A stretch of 64,000 nucleotides of DNA, taken from NCBI GenBank assembly GCA_963981015.1, contig CAXCCG010000004.1, positions 1,720-65,719 of the forward strand, written 5' to 3'. This stretch comes from an uncultured Gammaproteobacteria bacterium (GTDB lineage: Bacteria; Pseudomonadota; Gammaproteobacteria; GCF-002020875). Below, one piece after another: positions 1 to 10,987 of the stretch. The notes beneath the pieces are model-generated. The model did not search any database. It was given only the letters and a program-made list of their open reading frames with translations, and was not told where the DNA came from. A program made the translations under genes and the position numbers. Within the stretch, counting starts at the first letter, position 1. The number at the start of each line of letters is the position of its first letter.

Positions 1-1824
1 CTTCTGTCTGGCGCGGGTGATGCCGACATAACAGAGGCGACGCTCCTCCTCCAGACTGTCGGGATCTTCTGCCGATCGGCTATGGGGGAATAGCCCCTCC
101 TCCATGCCGCTCAGGAAGACTTGCGGAAACTCCAGCCCTTTGGCGCTGTGCAGCGTCATCAACTGTACGCAATCCTCCCACTCATCTCCTTGGGTATCAC
201 CTGCCTCCAGTGCGGCCTGGGCGAGAAATTCATCCAGTATATTGAGTGATCCATCTTCCGGGCTGTATTGGCGGGCGGCGGTAACCAACTCCTCAAGATT
301 CTCTACCCGTGCTTGTGCTTTTTCACTCTTCTGGTTTTTATAGTGGTCGAACAGGGTGCTTTTATGGATAGCAATATCGACCTGATCACTGAGTACTTTA
401 TCGGTTGCCTCTTCACTCATCCGCTCAATCAGTTGCATAAAGTTGATCAGTGCATTGCGGGCACGGGCGGCAAGTAGTGTCCCTTCGCTCTGTTCTGTGG
501 CAGCTTGCCAGAGAGAAATACCGGCACCACGGGCATGGCTGCGTACTACCTCTACGGTTCGGTCCCCGATTCCACGGGTGGGTGTGTTAACAATGCGCTC
601 AAAGGCGGAGTCATCATGACGGTGGGCCATCAAGCGCAGATAGGCAAGGGCATCCTTGATCTCGGCACGTTCGAAGAAACGCAGTCCACCATAGATGCGA
701 TAGGGGATATTGGCACTGAGCAGCGCCTCCTCCAGTACTCGCGACTGTGCATTGGAACGGTAGAGAATAGCGTTTTCATCTCTTTTACCCCCTTTATCAA
801 CCCAAAATTGGATCTGTTCGGCGATAAAACGCGCTTCGTCGAGATCATTGAAGGCGGCATAAAGCTGAATCGGCTCCCCCTCATGATCCTCGGTCCATAG
901 CTCTTTACCTAACCTGCCAGGATTATTTTCAATGAGTGCATTGGCGGCATTGAGGATATTTCCAGTGGAGCGGTAGTTCTGTTCGAGTCGAAAGGTCTTG
1001 GTGTTTTCGAAGTCTTTATCAAAATTGATAATGTTCTCAATCTTTGCATTACGCCACCCATACACTGCTTGGTCGTCGTCACCGACTATGAAAATATTAC
1101 CCTGTTCACCGCTCAAAAGTCGCAGCCAGGCGTATTGGATGGTGTTGGTATCCTGAAACTCATCGACCAATACATGGCTGAAGCGATTTCGATAGTGGGT
1201 GAGCAGATCCGGGTTGTTGAGCCACATTTCGTGGGCACGTAGCAGTAGCTCCGCAAAGTCCACCAGTCCACCCCGTTGGCAGGCCACCTCGTAGGCCATG
1301 TAGACCTGTATCATCTGCGTTAACCAGTGGTCATGACCCGGATCGATATGAGCGGCACGAACCCCTTTGTCTTTCTGTTCACTGATAAACCACTGTGCCT
1401 GTTTGGGGGGCCAACGCTCTTCATCGAGATTCATCTCCTTGATCAGGCGGCGTACCAATCGTAGTTGATCCTCGCTATCGAGAATCTGAAAATTCTGTGG
1501 CAGATTGGCCTCTTGCCAGTGGTTACGTAGCAGACGGTGGGCCAGCCCGTGAAAGGTGCCGACCCAGAGGTTACCGGAGGGCATCTGTAGCAGGGTTTCA
1601 ATGCGCCCCTTCATCTCCTTTGCCGCCTTGTTGGTAAAGGTGACGGCGAGGATTGACCAGGGTGAAACCTGTTCTGCCTCAATCAGCCAGGCGATACGGT
1701 GTACCAGCACACGGGTTTTACCACTACCGGCACCGGCCAGTATCAGGGTGTTTTTGGATTCGGTGGTGACCGCCTGACGTTGTGCCTCGTTGAGCGGTTC
1801 AATAATTTCAGTAATATCTTCCAT
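1..1824 (-). CDS. uvrD: DNA helicase II (UvrD), 3' end runs off the window
   Basis: Not in the ORF track. The minus strand from ATG 1824 reads MEDITEIIEPLNEAQRQAVTTESKNTLILAGAGSGKTRVLVHRIAWL, then VDEFQDTN, VGDDDQAVYGWR, LEQNYRS and MTLHSAKGLEFP, which are UvrD motifs. Confidence 0.95.
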   Translation of the reverse strand, partial: MEDITEIIEPLNEAQRQAVTTESKNTLILAGAGSGKTRVLVHRIAWLIEAEQVSPWSILAVTFTNKAAKEMKGRIETLLQMPSGNLWVGTFHGLAHRLLRNHWQEANLPQNFQILDSEDQLRLVRRLIKEMNLDEERWPPKQAQWFISEQKDKGVRAAHIDPGHDHWLTQMIQVYMAYEVACQRGGLVDFAELLLRAHEMWLNNPDLLTHYRNRFSHVLVDEFQDTNTIQYAWLRLLSGEQGNIFIVGDDDQAVYGWRNAKIENIINFDKDFENTKTFRLEQNYRSTGNILNAANALIENNPGRLGKELWTEDHEGEPIQLYAAFNDLDEARFIAEQIQFWVDKGGKRDENAILYRSNAQSRVLEEALLSANIPYRIYGGLRFFERAEIKDALAYLRLMAHRHDDSAFERIVNTPTRGIGDRTVEVVRSHARGAGISLWQAATEQSEGTLLAARARNALINFMQLIERMSEEATDKVLSDQVDIAIHKSTLFDHYKNQKSEKAQARVENLEELVTAARQYSPEDGSLNILDEFLAQAALEAGDTQGDEWEDCVQLMTLHSAKGLEFPQVFLSGMEEGLFPHSRSAEDPDSLEEERRLCYVGITRARQK

Positions 1825-1835
1825 GGATTGCCATT

Positions 1836-2513
1836 CTACTGGTGGGGCGGGGTGTATGCGAGTGCCCAGAGCTGAATCTTGCGGACACCGGCCTGTTTCA
1901 GGGCCTTTGTGACCGCCTCCATGGTACTACCGGTGGTGACTACGTCATCAAACAGTGCGATATGAGCCCCTTTGAGGGGTTGGGTTACAGTGAATGCATG
2001 GTTGAGATTCTCTCTTCTTGCCTGGGCGTCCAGTCCGTGTTGGTCCGGGGTAAAGCGGACTCTGCGGCAGCCGTGGCGGTTGATCGGGATGCCGAGTGTC
2101 TTGGCGGGTATGCGAATCATCTCCAGTGCCTGGTTGAAACCGCGCTGTCGTAGCCGCTTGGGGTGGAGGGGGATTGGGAGAATTTGGTCCGGCAGTTCAA
2201 AGGGTTGCTGCTGTAGCCGCTGTTGTAGTTGTTGCTGGATCAGCAGCCCAAAGAGCCGGGAGAGGTGGAGTTTATGGTTAAATTTGAGTTGATGGATCAG
2301 TGGTGCCAGTGGCTCCCGATACTGGAAAGGGACAAAAATCTCGTCCCAACGATCTCTCTGCTTTAGCTCAAGTGGGACATGAGGCTGTATCGGTAGCTTG
2401 GGTCTACAGCGGTTGCAGAGAGGTATCGGGCCATGCGTTACAGGTTTCTGGCAGATTGCGCAGGGGCCGGTGGGCAGTAGTTGTTGAAGTCGTTGGTATA
2501 CTTTTTTCAGCAC
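1836..2513 (-). CDS. comF: ComF/GntX family phosphoribosyltransferase-like protein
   Basis: Two N-terminal CxxC pairs, RGFNQA and DDVVTTGST; divergent from bioB as is usual. Confidence 0.9.
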   Translation of the reverse strand: MLKKVYQRLQQLLPTGPCAICQKPVTHGPIPLCNRCRPKLPIQPHVPLELKQRDRWDEIFVPFQYREPLAPLIHQLKFNHKLHLSRLFGLLIQQQLQQRLQQQPFELPDQILPIPLHPKRLRQRGFNQALEMIRIPAKTLGIPINRHGCRRVRFTPDQHGLDAQARRENLNHAFTVTQPLKGAHIALFDDVVTTGSTMEAVTKALKQAGVRKIQLWALAYTPPHQ

Positions 2514-2574
2514 GATTGGTTGACAGTGTTTCAGAGCAGGGTACGATCATCGACATTCTATAGGAGTAGACCGA

Positions 2575-3558
2575 TTGAAGACCCCTGAAATTCGAAATAA
2601 CTGGCAGCTGGAGGAGGTGGAGGCACTGTTTGACCTCCCTTTTAATGACTTGCTGTTTCAGGCACAGACTATCCACCGCATGACCTTTGACCCCAACAAG
2701 GTGCAGGTGAGTACCTTGATGAGTATCAAAACCGGTGGCTGTTCGGAGGATTGTAGCTACTGTTCGCAGAGCGCACGCAACAATACCGAATTGGAGCGTG
2801 AAAAGCTGGCAGAGGTGAATGAAGTGCTGGAGGCTGCGCGTGAGGCGAAGCGTTCCGGCTCTTCCCGTTTCTGTATGGGGGCAGCATGGCGTAACCCGAA
2901 AAGTAAGGATATGGAGCGTTTACTGACCATGGTCAGTGGGGTCAAGGCGTTGGGGATGGAGACCTGCATGACCCTGGGGATGTTGACGGACCATCAGGCG
3001 CAGAAGCTGAAAAAGGCGGGGCTCGATTACTATAACCATAATCTCGACACCTCCGAGGCCTACTATGGTGAGGTGATCACCACCCGTACCTATCAACAGC
3101 GTCTGGATACGCTGGAGCATGTACGTGATGCCGGACTGAATGTCTGTAGTGGCGGTATTGTCGGAATGGGAGAGTCGCGTCAGGACCGTGCCGCTCTATT
3201 GGCGACACTGGCCAATCTACCGAAGCAGCCGGATAGTGTGCCCATTAATCGACTGGTGAAGGTGGCAGGCACCCCGCTGGATGAGATGGAGAGTCTGGAG
3301 GCGTTAGAACCGTTGGAGTTTGTACGCACGATTGCTGTGGCGCGAATTTTGATGCCAGTTTCGTGGGTACGATTATCGGCAGGACGAGAATCGATGCGTG
3401 AAGAGCTGCAAGCACTCTGTTTTGCCGCGGGGGCGAACTCAATGTTTTCGGGTGAACAGTTGTTGACTACACCGAATGCGGGTGAGGAGAGTGATGCCTC
3501 TCTGTTTGCCAAGTTGGGGTTGGAAGCCTTGGCTGGAGAGGAGGTTGTGTTGGGATAG
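2575..3558 (+). CDS. bioB: Biotin synthase (radical SAM)
   Basis: [22 protein letters not shown] and VRLSAGR motifs. Confidence 0.97.
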   Translation: MKTPEIRNNWQLEEVEALFDLPFNDLLFQAQTIHRMTFDPNKVQVSTLMSIKTGGCSEDCSYCSQSARNNTELEREKLAEVNEVLEAAREAKRSGSSRFCMGAAWRNPKSKDMERLLTMVSGVKALGMETCMTLGMLTDHQAQKLKKAGLDYYNHNLDTSEAYYGEVITTRTYQQRLDTLEHVRDAGLNVCSGGIVGMGESRQDRAALLATLANLPKQPDSVPINRLVKVAGTPLDEMESLEALEPLEFVRTIAVARILMPVSWVRLSAGRESMREELQALCFAAGANSMFSGEQLLTTPNAGEESDASLFAKLGLEALAGEEVVLG

Positions 3559-3670
3559 TGTAATGAATGCCTACACTATAAATACCTTTTAAAACTTATG
3601 GTAAAGTTAGCACTTAGTTGTATAGCAGTGATTCCCATTAATTTTCGAAGGCAGTTCTCTTTTTATCGAT

Positions 3671-6600
3671 ATGGCCCCGTTTAATCCAATGGATACTCAG
3701 GAAAACAGACGCATTCTTGCGGTTGATGATGAAGAGGGTGTGCTCGCCCACTACCGGACAATTTTTACCCCGTCCGACCGCAAGGCTCTGCTTGCACAAG
3801 ATCAGTTGTATGGTGTGTTGGAGGATGGTTCGGAGACAGAGCCGAATCTGGGCGCTGAGCAGCCTACCTATCTGCTGGACTGTTTTTCACAAGGTATGGA
3901 TGCGGTTGCAGCAGTCGAAGCCTCATTGAAGGATCAGCAGCCGTATGCGGTAGCACTGATTGATATGCGCATGCAGCCGGGGATCGATGGGCTGGAGACG
4001 GCACAAAGAATCAGGCTTCTGGACAGCGAGGTGAATATTATTTTCATCACCGCCTACAGTGACTATACGACCGATAAAATATTCCACCAGATCAGTGGTT
4101 CGGTACTCTGGTTTCGTAAACCCTTTCATACTGGAGAGATTGTTCAGGCCGTCCGTAATAGCTGTGATCAATGGCATCAGGCGTATGAGTTAGAACAGTT
4201 ACGACAAGATCTGGCCTATCGGGTTGATCTGCAAACCGAGCGTTTGCAGTCAAAAGTAAAGTCACTTTCAATTCTGCAGAGAAACAGTCTCAAACGTGAG
4301 CTGAAAATGGGGGAGATGAAGCGGCAGATCTATAGCTTGAAGGCATTTCAGGATTTGCGACTGCTTCTTTCAAGTAATCCGCTACCGGAGCCGGACGCTT
4401 CCAATACAGAGTTCAGGCCAGTTGAGTTGTTGCTGGTTGATGATACAAGTTCAGCACACTCAACCTATCTGCCACAGTTGACCGCTATCGGGTTTCAGGT
4501 GATGGTTGCAGGCTCTTTTGATGAAGCCTTTAAGCTTGCAACGCGCTCCTCGACTGAAGTAGTTTTGATTGGTATCTGTCTATCCGGTGACTGTGGTAAG
4601 CAGCTGATCACGCAATTGCGTGATGATTCTCATACTCTGTATACATTACCCCTGTTGCTTACCAACAGATGTGATGAGATGGTGGCGGTAGAGGCTGGAG
4701 CAGCCTATTGCATCAATAAAGGGCACCCCGCTTTTCTGAATCAGATGGAGTTGGTGCGTGACTATGTTCAGAAAAACAGATCGCTTCAGTCCGCTTATAT
4801 TCCTGAGAACAACTTCTCTGAAAATCGGCGTGTGTTACTGGTGGATGATGAACCACAAGATTTGGATCTACTTCAAAATTGCCTGAGAAGTGAGGGAGAC
4901 CCCAGTGGTATGGTTCCACTTGAGGAGTTCGTTGATAAGACAAGTAGGCACCATAAGGTGGAAGAGTCGCTGCAACAGAGAGCATTTTTACCTTTTGAGA
5001 TAACAGTACTGAATCAGGGGCTGGATGCTGTTGCTGCGGTACGTGAAGCACAGTTTGTAGAGCGCCCATTCGCAGTGGCAGTAATTGATACGCAGATGTC
5101 ACCGGGGATTGATGGCTTGGAGACGGCGCGGCAAATCCGCCAAATTTCTCCACAAATTGATATTGTGATGTTGAAGGTTGATAGTGACTATTCACTCAAT
5201 CAGATTCGGCAGGTTTTGGGTGGTAATTTTTCTCTGCTAGAAAAGCCTCTTAAAAAGAATGAGATACAACAGCTGGTGGTAGAGGGGTGTGCAAAATGGG
5301 CAATCGCCCACGAGGTCAATACCTCGAATCAGGCGCTGTTGAATCTGGCTGAGGACCTGGAACAGGAGAACATTCTTCGTAGAGAGGTGGAAGAGCAACT
5401 TCTGCAGGCGAGTCATGCCAAAGATGATTTCCTCTCTAATATGAGTCATGAGCTGCGTACGCCACTGACCTCAATCATTGCCAACAGTGAATTTCTGGCA
5501 GAAGAGCTGGTTGATCCGGGTCAGGAGCAGCAGCAGATTATCAAATGCATTGAAGTGGCGGGCCGAAATCAGCTGGCTCTGGTCAATGATATTCTCGACC
5601 TCTCCAAGATTGAGTCAGGAAAATTTACCATTGATAAGACGCTGTATGATCTCTCTTCTCTATTAGAAGATCTTGAGCATATCTTTTTGATTCGTGCAAA
5701 AACGTTGGGCTCTGAACTCACCATTGAGCAGCGAAATAGTGAGCATTTTCAGTTGATTGGAGACCCACAACGGATTACACAGATCTTGATCAACCTGCTG
5801 GGCAATGCGATCAAATTTACACAGAAAGGGGTCATAAGCCTGACAACGGAGGTTCGTGATCAGTGGTTGTGTTTTATCGTTAAAGACAATGGTATCGGGA
5901 TGTCTCCTGAGGCGACGCAAAAGCTCTTCAAAAAATTTGAGCAGGCAGATGGGTCTATTTCACGCCGTTTTGGAGGCAGTGGACTTGGGCTATTCATCTC
6001 ACTAAATTTGTCTGAAATGATGGGGGGGCACATTGAGGTGGAGAGTGAAAAGGGTGTCGGTTCGACCTTTACCTTGACCTTGCCATACAGGCCCAGTGAA
6101 GAGCCTATACCGGAACACAGTACCGGATCCTCCGACCGACAACACTTCTCTGGGACAGTATTACTGGCAGAAGACACACCGGATATACAACAAGTGATTA
6201 TCAGGATGCTTGAGAAAAGAGGCGTTACTGTGACGGCGGCCAATAATGGTCAGGAAGTTTTGGACCAGGCTCTTGTCACACCATTCGACCTGATTTTGAT
6301 GGATATGCAGATGCCGGTGATGGGTGGAGTAGAGGCAACAGAGATGTTGCGAAGTCTTGGCTGTGATACGCCGGTGGTGGCCTTGACGGCTAATGTAATG
6401 AAGAGGCATCGGGACCTGTTTGAGCAGGCAGGAGCTAATGACTTCCTCAACAAACCGATTCATCAACAGGAGTTGAATCGGGTTCTGCAACACTATCTCA
6501 AGCCTGATGATCAATCAGAACAAGCGGTGGAGGATGATGAGCCACTGATCTCTGACGAGCTGCGTATCCTTTTTATTGAACGGGTTATAGAGCAGAGGAA

Positions 6601-6805
6601 GGTATTACCTATATTGTTAAGAGAGCAAAACTGGCCGGAGATCCGGTTGGTTGCCCATAACATGAAGGGAAGTTGTGATATCTATGGTTACTCAGAGATC
6701 GCTGATACAGGAAAAAACATCTCTGATGAGATTGATGCAGGCTCCTATGATGTGGTCGTACCACTGGTGAGTCAGCTTATTGAACAATTGGGTGGGGTTG
6801 AGTAA
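3671..6805 (+). CDS. Cytoplasmic hybrid histidine kinase (3 REC - HisKA - HATPase - REC - Hpt)
   Basis: H box FLSNMSHELRTPL, N box NLLGNAIKFT, DNGIG, GGSGLGL, receiver DMQMP and Hpt AHNMKGS; no obvious transmembrane segment. Confidence 0.9.
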   Translation: MAPFNPMDTQENRRILAVDDEEGVLAHYRTIFTPSDRKALLAQDQLYGVLEDGSETEPNLGAEQPTYLLDCFSQGMDAVAAVEASLKDQQPYAVALIDMRMQPGIDGLETAQRIRLLDSEVNIIFITAYSDYTTDKIFHQISGSVLWFRKPFHTGEIVQAVRNSCDQWHQAYELEQLRQDLAYRVDLQTERLQSKVKSLSILQRNSLKRELKMGEMKRQIYSLKAFQDLRLLLSSNPLPEPDASNTEFRPVELLLVDDTSSAHSTYLPQLTAIGFQVMVAGSFDEAFKLATRSSTEVVLIGICLSGDCGKQLITQLRDDSHTLYTLPLLLTNRCDEMVAVEAGAAYCINKGHPAFLNQMELVRDYVQKNRSLQSAYIPENNFSENRRVLLVDDEPQDLDLLQNCLRSEGDPSGMVPLEEFVDKTSRHHKVEESLQQRAFLPFEITVLNQGLDAVAAVREAQFVERPFAVAVIDTQMSPGIDGLETARQIRQISPQIDIVMLKVDSDYSLNQIRQVLGGNFSLLEKPLKKNEIQQLVVEGCAKWAIAHEVNTSNQALLNLAEDLEQENILRREVEEQLLQASHAKDDFLSNMSHELRTPLTSIIANSEFLAEELVDPGQEQQQIIKCIEVAGRNQLALVNDILDLSKIESGKFTIDKTLYDLSSLLEDLEHIFLIRAKTLGSELTIEQRNSEHFQLIGDPQRITQILINLLGNAIKFTQKGVISLTTEVRDQWLCFIVKDNGIGMSPEATQKLFKKFEQADGSISRRFGGSGLGLFISLNLSEMMGGHIEVESEKGVGSTFTLTLPYRPSEEPIPEHSTGSSDRQHFSGTVLLAEDTPDIQQVIIRMLEKRGVTVTAANNGQEVLDQALVTPFDLILMDMQMPVMGGVEATEMLRSLGCDTPVVALTANVMKRHRDLFEQAGANDFLNKPIHQQELNRVLQHYLKPDDQSEQAVEDDEPLISDELRILFIERVIEQRKVLPILLREQNWPEIRLVAHNMKGSCDIYGYSEIADTGKNISDEIDAGSYDVVVPLVSQLIEQLGGVE

Positions 6806-6914
6806 GGGTGACAAGGTCAGAAGCGAATGGCTGCAGCTGGGTGTGAGTCACTGTTGCGTTGGAGCAGAGTCTTGATAATACCCGCTCTCCCGGTCTGACT
6901 ATCTAAAAGAGCAC

Positions 6915-8063
6915 ATGAGTCTGGATTTTCAACTACAGCAACAGCTGGATGTGCGTAAAGTACAATCGCTCTACCGGATGCGTCGTACAGCCTCTTCACC
7001 GCAGGGGGTGGAGCTTGAGGTCGATGGTCAGCACTATCTATCCTTCAGCAGTAACGACTATCTGGGGCTTGCCAACCATCCACAAATTATCGAGGCCTTT
7101 CAGCAGGGGTTATCCCGCTGGGGAACCGGGAGTGGTGCAGCCCATCTGGTGACCGGACATAGTGCTGCGCACCATGCTCTGGAAGAAGAGCTGGCCGATT
7201 TTCTCGGCTATCCGCGTGTGTTGCTCTTCTCTTCCGGTTATCAGGCCAATCTTGGAGTTCATCAGGCGTTATTGGGGCGCAAGGATAGTACCCTTCATGA
7301 TCGTCTGAACCATGCTTCACTGCTGGATGGAGCCAAACTCTCAGGGGCAAAATTGCTGCGTTATGGTCATACCGATGTCAATGCGCTGGAGCGGCGGCTA
7401 TCTGAAGTCAGCAGTGGACGTATACTGGTGGTGACTGATGGAGTTTTCAGTATGGATGGAGATATCGCTCCGTTATCAGCAATTGCAAACGAGTGTCGTT
7501 GTGGTGGTGCGACCCTGATGGTGGATGATGCGCATGGGATGGGTGTAGAGGGTGCAGAGGGTCGGGGTACGGTCTCCGGGTTTGGGTTAAGCCCTCTGGA
7601 AGTTCCTGTTTTGATGGGGACGTTGGGGAAGGCGTTCGGGGTTTCCGGTGCCTTTGTTGCCGGCAGTGAGGCGCTGATTGAAACCTTGATTCAGCAGGCC
7701 CGAACCTATATCTATACCACGGCAACCCCACCGGCACAGGCAGAGGCAACGCGAAAGGCGCTGCAGTTGGTGAGGGAAGGTGAAGATCGGCGTCAACATC
7801 TACAGCAGTTGATTGCCCGCTTCCGTAGCGGAGCTACAGCACTGGGGCTGAATTTGATGCACTCTGTGACACCAATTCAGCCCCTGTTGGTGGGTGATTC
7901 TGCGGCAGCCCTGCAGCGCTCCAGACAGCTACAGAAGAGCGGCATTCTGGTGGCCCCGATGCGCCCGCCTACGGTACCCGAAGGGGGGGCGCGACTGCGC
8001 ATTACCCTCTCTGCCAACCATACATTTGAACAGGTGGATCGTCTGTTGGAGGCACTTCAGTGA
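6915..8063 (+). CDS. bioF: 8-amino-7-oxononanoate synthase
   Basis: SNDYLGL, DGVFSMDGD, VDDAHG and GTLGKAFG motifs. Confidence 0.96.
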   Translation: MSLDFQLQQQLDVRKVQSLYRMRRTASSPQGVELEVDGQHYLSFSSNDYLGLANHPQIIEAFQQGLSRWGTGSGAAHLVTGHSAAHHALEEELADFLGYPRVLLFSSGYQANLGVHQALLGRKDSTLHDRLNHASLLDGAKLSGAKLLRYGHTDVNALERRLSEVSSGRILVVTDGVFSMDGDIAPLSAIANECRCGGATLMVDDAHGMGVEGAEGRGTVSGFGLSPLEVPVLMGTLGKAFGVSGAFVAGSEALIETLIQQARTYIYTTATPPAQAEATRKALQLVREGEDRRQHLQQLIARFRSGATALGLNLMHSVTPIQPLLVGDSAAALQRSRQLQKSGILVAPMRPPTVPEGGARLRITLSANHTFEQVDRLLEALQ

Positions 8064-8788
8064 AGCCGAAACTTGTACTGATTCATGGCTGGGGATTCAA
8101 CGGAGCCGTCTGGAATTCACTATTGCCGCAATTAAAGCAGCTATTTGAGGTGATTGTCGTTGATCTTGCAGGATATCGCAGCCAGCCTCTGCTGGATGAA
8201 ATGACACTTGAGGCAATGGCTGTTGACGTTGCAGCCAGAGTGCCGGAGTCGGCAATCTGGCTGGGTTGGTCTCTGGGGGGGCAGGTGGCACTACAGGCGG
8301 CATTGAAACAGCTTGGCCAAATCAACAAGCTGATTCTGGTGGGGGCAACCCCCCGTTTTGTGCAGGGTGCAGGGTGGAGAGCAGCGGTTAAGCAGAAGAT
8401 ATTGGATGACTTTGGTGAGGCGCTGATCCGCTCGCGTGAGACCACCTTGGGTCATTTTCTGACCCTGCAGATGTTGGGGGTACAGGATGCAAAACCATTG
8501 TTGCAAGAACTCAAAATCTCATTGGCACAATCCCCGCAAGCTGGCACCCTGGAGGCGGGACTGGAGATTCTCAATCACAGTGATTTTCGCCAGCAGCTGA
8601 GCCAGATTGAGCAGCCAACACACTGGATTATGGGCGAGCGCGATCAACTGGTTCCATACCGTGCAGGAGAAGAGGCCGCTGGTGTTATGCCAAACGGCTC
8701 TGTCCGAGTCATTGAAGGGGCGGCACATGCCCCTTTTCTCAGCCACCCACATCAATTTTTGGATGAGGTGTTCAGCTTTGGAGGATAA
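8060..8788 (+). CDS. bioH: Pimeloyl-ACP methyl ester esterase
   Basis: HGWG, GWSLGG and AAHAPFLSH motifs; lies between bioF and bioC. Confidence 0.93.
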   Translation: MKPKLVLIHGWGFNGAVWNSLLPQLKQLFEVIVVDLAGYRSQPLLDEMTLEAMAVDVAARVPESAIWLGWSLGGQVALQAALKQLGQINKLILVGATPRFVQGAGWRAAVKQKILDDFGEALIRSRETTLGHFLTLQMLGVQDAKPLLQELKISLAQSPQAGTLEAGLEILNHSDFRQQLSQIEQPTHWIMGERDQLVPYRAGEEAAGVMPNGSVRVIEGAAHAPFLSHPHQFLDEVFSFGG

Positions 8789-9644
8789 GCGTTATCAACT
8801 GCAGCGACAGCAGGTCCGTGCCAATTTTGATCGGGCAGCGGGTAGCTACGATGCGGTGGCTCAGTTGCAGCGTGAAGTGGCAGACCGGATGTTGGAGCAG
8901 TTGCAGTATGAACGTATTAATCCGCAGCGAATTCTCGATGTAGGTACGGGTACCGGTTACTGTGCCCGTGGTCTGGAGGCTAGATTCAAAAAGAGCTCAA
9001 TTATCGCGCTTGATCTGGCAGAGAGGATGTTGCAGCAGGCGAAAAAGGAGAAGCGGTGGCGCTCCAGGCAGTGTTTTCTCTGTGCGGATACACAACAGAT
9101 CCCCTTGGCAGACCAGAGTGTTGATCTGATCTTCTCCAACTTCACGTTGCAATGGTGCAGAGATTTACAGGCTGTATTGGCAGAGTTTCGAAGGGTGCTA
9201 CGTCCGGGAGGGCTGCTGAGCTTCTCCACTTTGGGGGTCGATACCTTGGCTGAGTTGCGTGAAAGCTGGGCGACAGTGGATGATCAGGTCCACGTAAACC
9301 AGTTTGTGGATTTGCAACAGGTCGGGGATGATCTGTTACAGCAGGGGTTTGCCGAACCGGTTACCAGTGTGGACCGTTTCACCTTGACCTACCCGGATGT
9401 GATGAGCCTGATGCGAGACCTGAAAGGGTTGGGTGCAACCAATGTGAACCCTGGACGGCGTGCCGGTTTGATGGGGCGTTCTGTGCTACAGCAGTTAGAG
9501 GCAGTCTATCAGCCTCGTGATGAAGAGGGGCGTATTGCAGCCAGCTGGGAGGTGGTTTATGGACATGCCTGGATGATGGAGAGTAGTTTTGCTGAACCCC
9601 AACCATTTTCTCTACCCCTGAAAGAATTTACTATACCTGATTAA
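8778..9644 (+). CDS. bioC: Malonyl-ACP O-methyltransferase (start probably TTG 8778 or ATG 8763, not 8607)
   Basis: FDRAAGSYD, SAM-binding motif LDVGTGTG, LQWC and VNQFVD. Confidence 0.92.
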   Translation: MEDKRYQLQRQQVRANFDRAAGSYDAVAQLQREVADRMLEQLQYERINPQRILDVGTGTGYCARGLEARFKKSSIIALDLAERMLQQAKKEKRWRSRQCFLCADTQQIPLADQSVDLIFSNFTLQWCRDLQAVLAEFRRVLRPGGLLSFSTLGVDTLAELRESWATVDDQVHVNQFVDLQQVGDDLLQQGFAEPVTSVDRFTLTYPDVMSLMRDLKGLGATNVNPGRRAGLMGRSVLQQLEAVYQPRDEEGRIAASWEVVYGHAWMMESSFAEPQPFSLPLKEFTIPD

Positions 9645-9751
9645 AATAGTAGGTCTTGACAGGCCGTGCAGAGTCGTTATGATTCGCATACAAGATTTAT
9701 TGATTTTTAGCAGTACAATTTTATTTTAAGCACAAAGCAAGGAGTTAACAT

Positions 9752-10357
9752 ATGAGCGTATTAGTCGGACGCGAAGCACCAGATTTTACAGCCCCAACAG
9801 TTCTCGGAAATGGCGAGATCAAGGCAGATTACAACTTCCATGAGGCGAAAGCTGGAAAATATGCGGTCGTATTCTTCTATCCTCTCGACTTCACTTTTGT
9901 TTGTCCTTCTGAGTTGTTGGCTTTCGACCACCGTATGGCGGAGTTTGAAAAGCGCAATGTTGAGGTGGTTGGTGTGTCCATCGACTCACATTGGACACAC
10001 AATGCCTGGAGAAACACCGATGTGAAAGATGGTGGTATCGGTGCGGTGAAGTATTCAATGGTGGGTGACATGAAGCAGGAAGTCACGCAGGCATTTGGCA
10101 TCCAGGTTCCTGGTGGTGCACCTGCACTGCGCGCCTCTTTCTTGATCGACAAAGATAATATTGTTCAGCATCAAGTCGTAAATAACCTTTCGCTGGGACG
10201 TAATGTCGACGAGATGATCCGTATGGTTGATGCTTTGCAGTTTACAGAAGAGCATGGTGAGGTCTGTCCTGCGGGTTGGCAGGAGGGAGATGAGGGTATG
10301 AAAGCAACCCCAGAGGGTGTTGCCTCTTACCTCGCTTCACATGAGAATGACCTGTAG
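9752..10357 (+). CDS. ahpC: 2-Cys peroxiredoxin (AhpC/Prx1)
   Basis: FYPLDFTFVCPSE and GEVCPAGW. Confidence 0.93.
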   Translation: MSVLVGREAPDFTAPTVLGNGEIKADYNFHEAKAGKYAVVFFYPLDFTFVCPSELLAFDHRMAEFEKRNVEVVGVSIDSHWTHNAWRNTDVKDGGIGAVKYSMVGDMKQEVTQAFGIQVPGGAPALRASFLIDKDNIVQHQVVNNLSLGRNVDEMIRMVDALQFTEEHGEVCPAGWQEGDEGMKATPEGVASYLASHENDL

Positions 10358-10374
10358 TTTTTAGTCACACTCTG

Positions 10375-10410
10375 AAAAAAGGGTACAGCTGAAAGGCTGT
10401 ACCCTTTTTT
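10375..10410. terminator. Bidirectional intrinsic terminator between the convergent ahpC and pilA
   Basis: AAAAAA-GGGTACAGC-loop-GCTGTACCC-TTTTTT. Confidence 0.9.
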
Positions 10411-10422
10411 ATTGAGCCTTCT

Positions 10423-10839
10423 TTATTGTGTGTAGCCCTTGGTCACTCCACCGCCACTGGCGGCCCAGCTGAGGGGCGAAGCGGCAGTGGGTGTCAGAAT
10501 ATAAGTATCAGCAGCCACTACACCATTGGCTACATCGGGTGTAACGGTGACAATGCCATTACTGGTTGAGACTGAGTCTACAGCTCCGGTGACCGTTGTC
10601 TGGTTGGCGGGTACTCCATAACTTCCACCATCACAATCAGCCAGGTCTCGACGAATCTGATAACACTGCTCGATCCCGATTTTGAGTGGTTGGGCAGCGA
10701 GAACGACCTCAGAGTAGTAGGCGCGTGTGGTGTATTGGGTATAGGAGGGGATTGCGACTGAGGCCAGGATTGCAATAATAGCGATGGCTATAATCAGTTC
10801 AATGAGTGTGAACCCGCTCTGGTTCTGTGACTGTTCCAT
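10423..10839 (-). CDS. pilA: Type IV major pilin
   Basis: Prepilin cleavage site QSG|FTLIELIIAIAIIAILASVAIPSY; ATG 10839 preceded by a GGAG RBS. Confidence 0.88.
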   Translation of the reverse strand: MEQSQNQSGFTLIELIIAIAIIAILASVAIPSYTQYTTRAYYSEVVLAAQPLKIGIEQCYQIRRDLADCDGGSYGVPANQTTVTGAVDSVSTSNGIVTVTPDVANGVVAADTYILTPTAASPLSWAASGGGVTKGYTQ

Positions 10840-10987
10840 GTCGCTCTTCTCCTTAATATTAACTCGACTCCAAGTTTCTCCAGGACAGTACAATTTTCTT
10901 GAACTCAGAAGAAATTCGCACGGTTAGAAGTACCTTTTATGTGCAGAGATAATAGAGGTGAATTTAGGGCAAGGGAAGCAGTATTAG

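Noticed and set aside
104-1777. Short plus-strand ORFs, and similar antisense or overlapping ORFs across the window
   Set aside because: They are shadows of well-supported genes (here uvrD on the minus strand) and have no motifs of their own.
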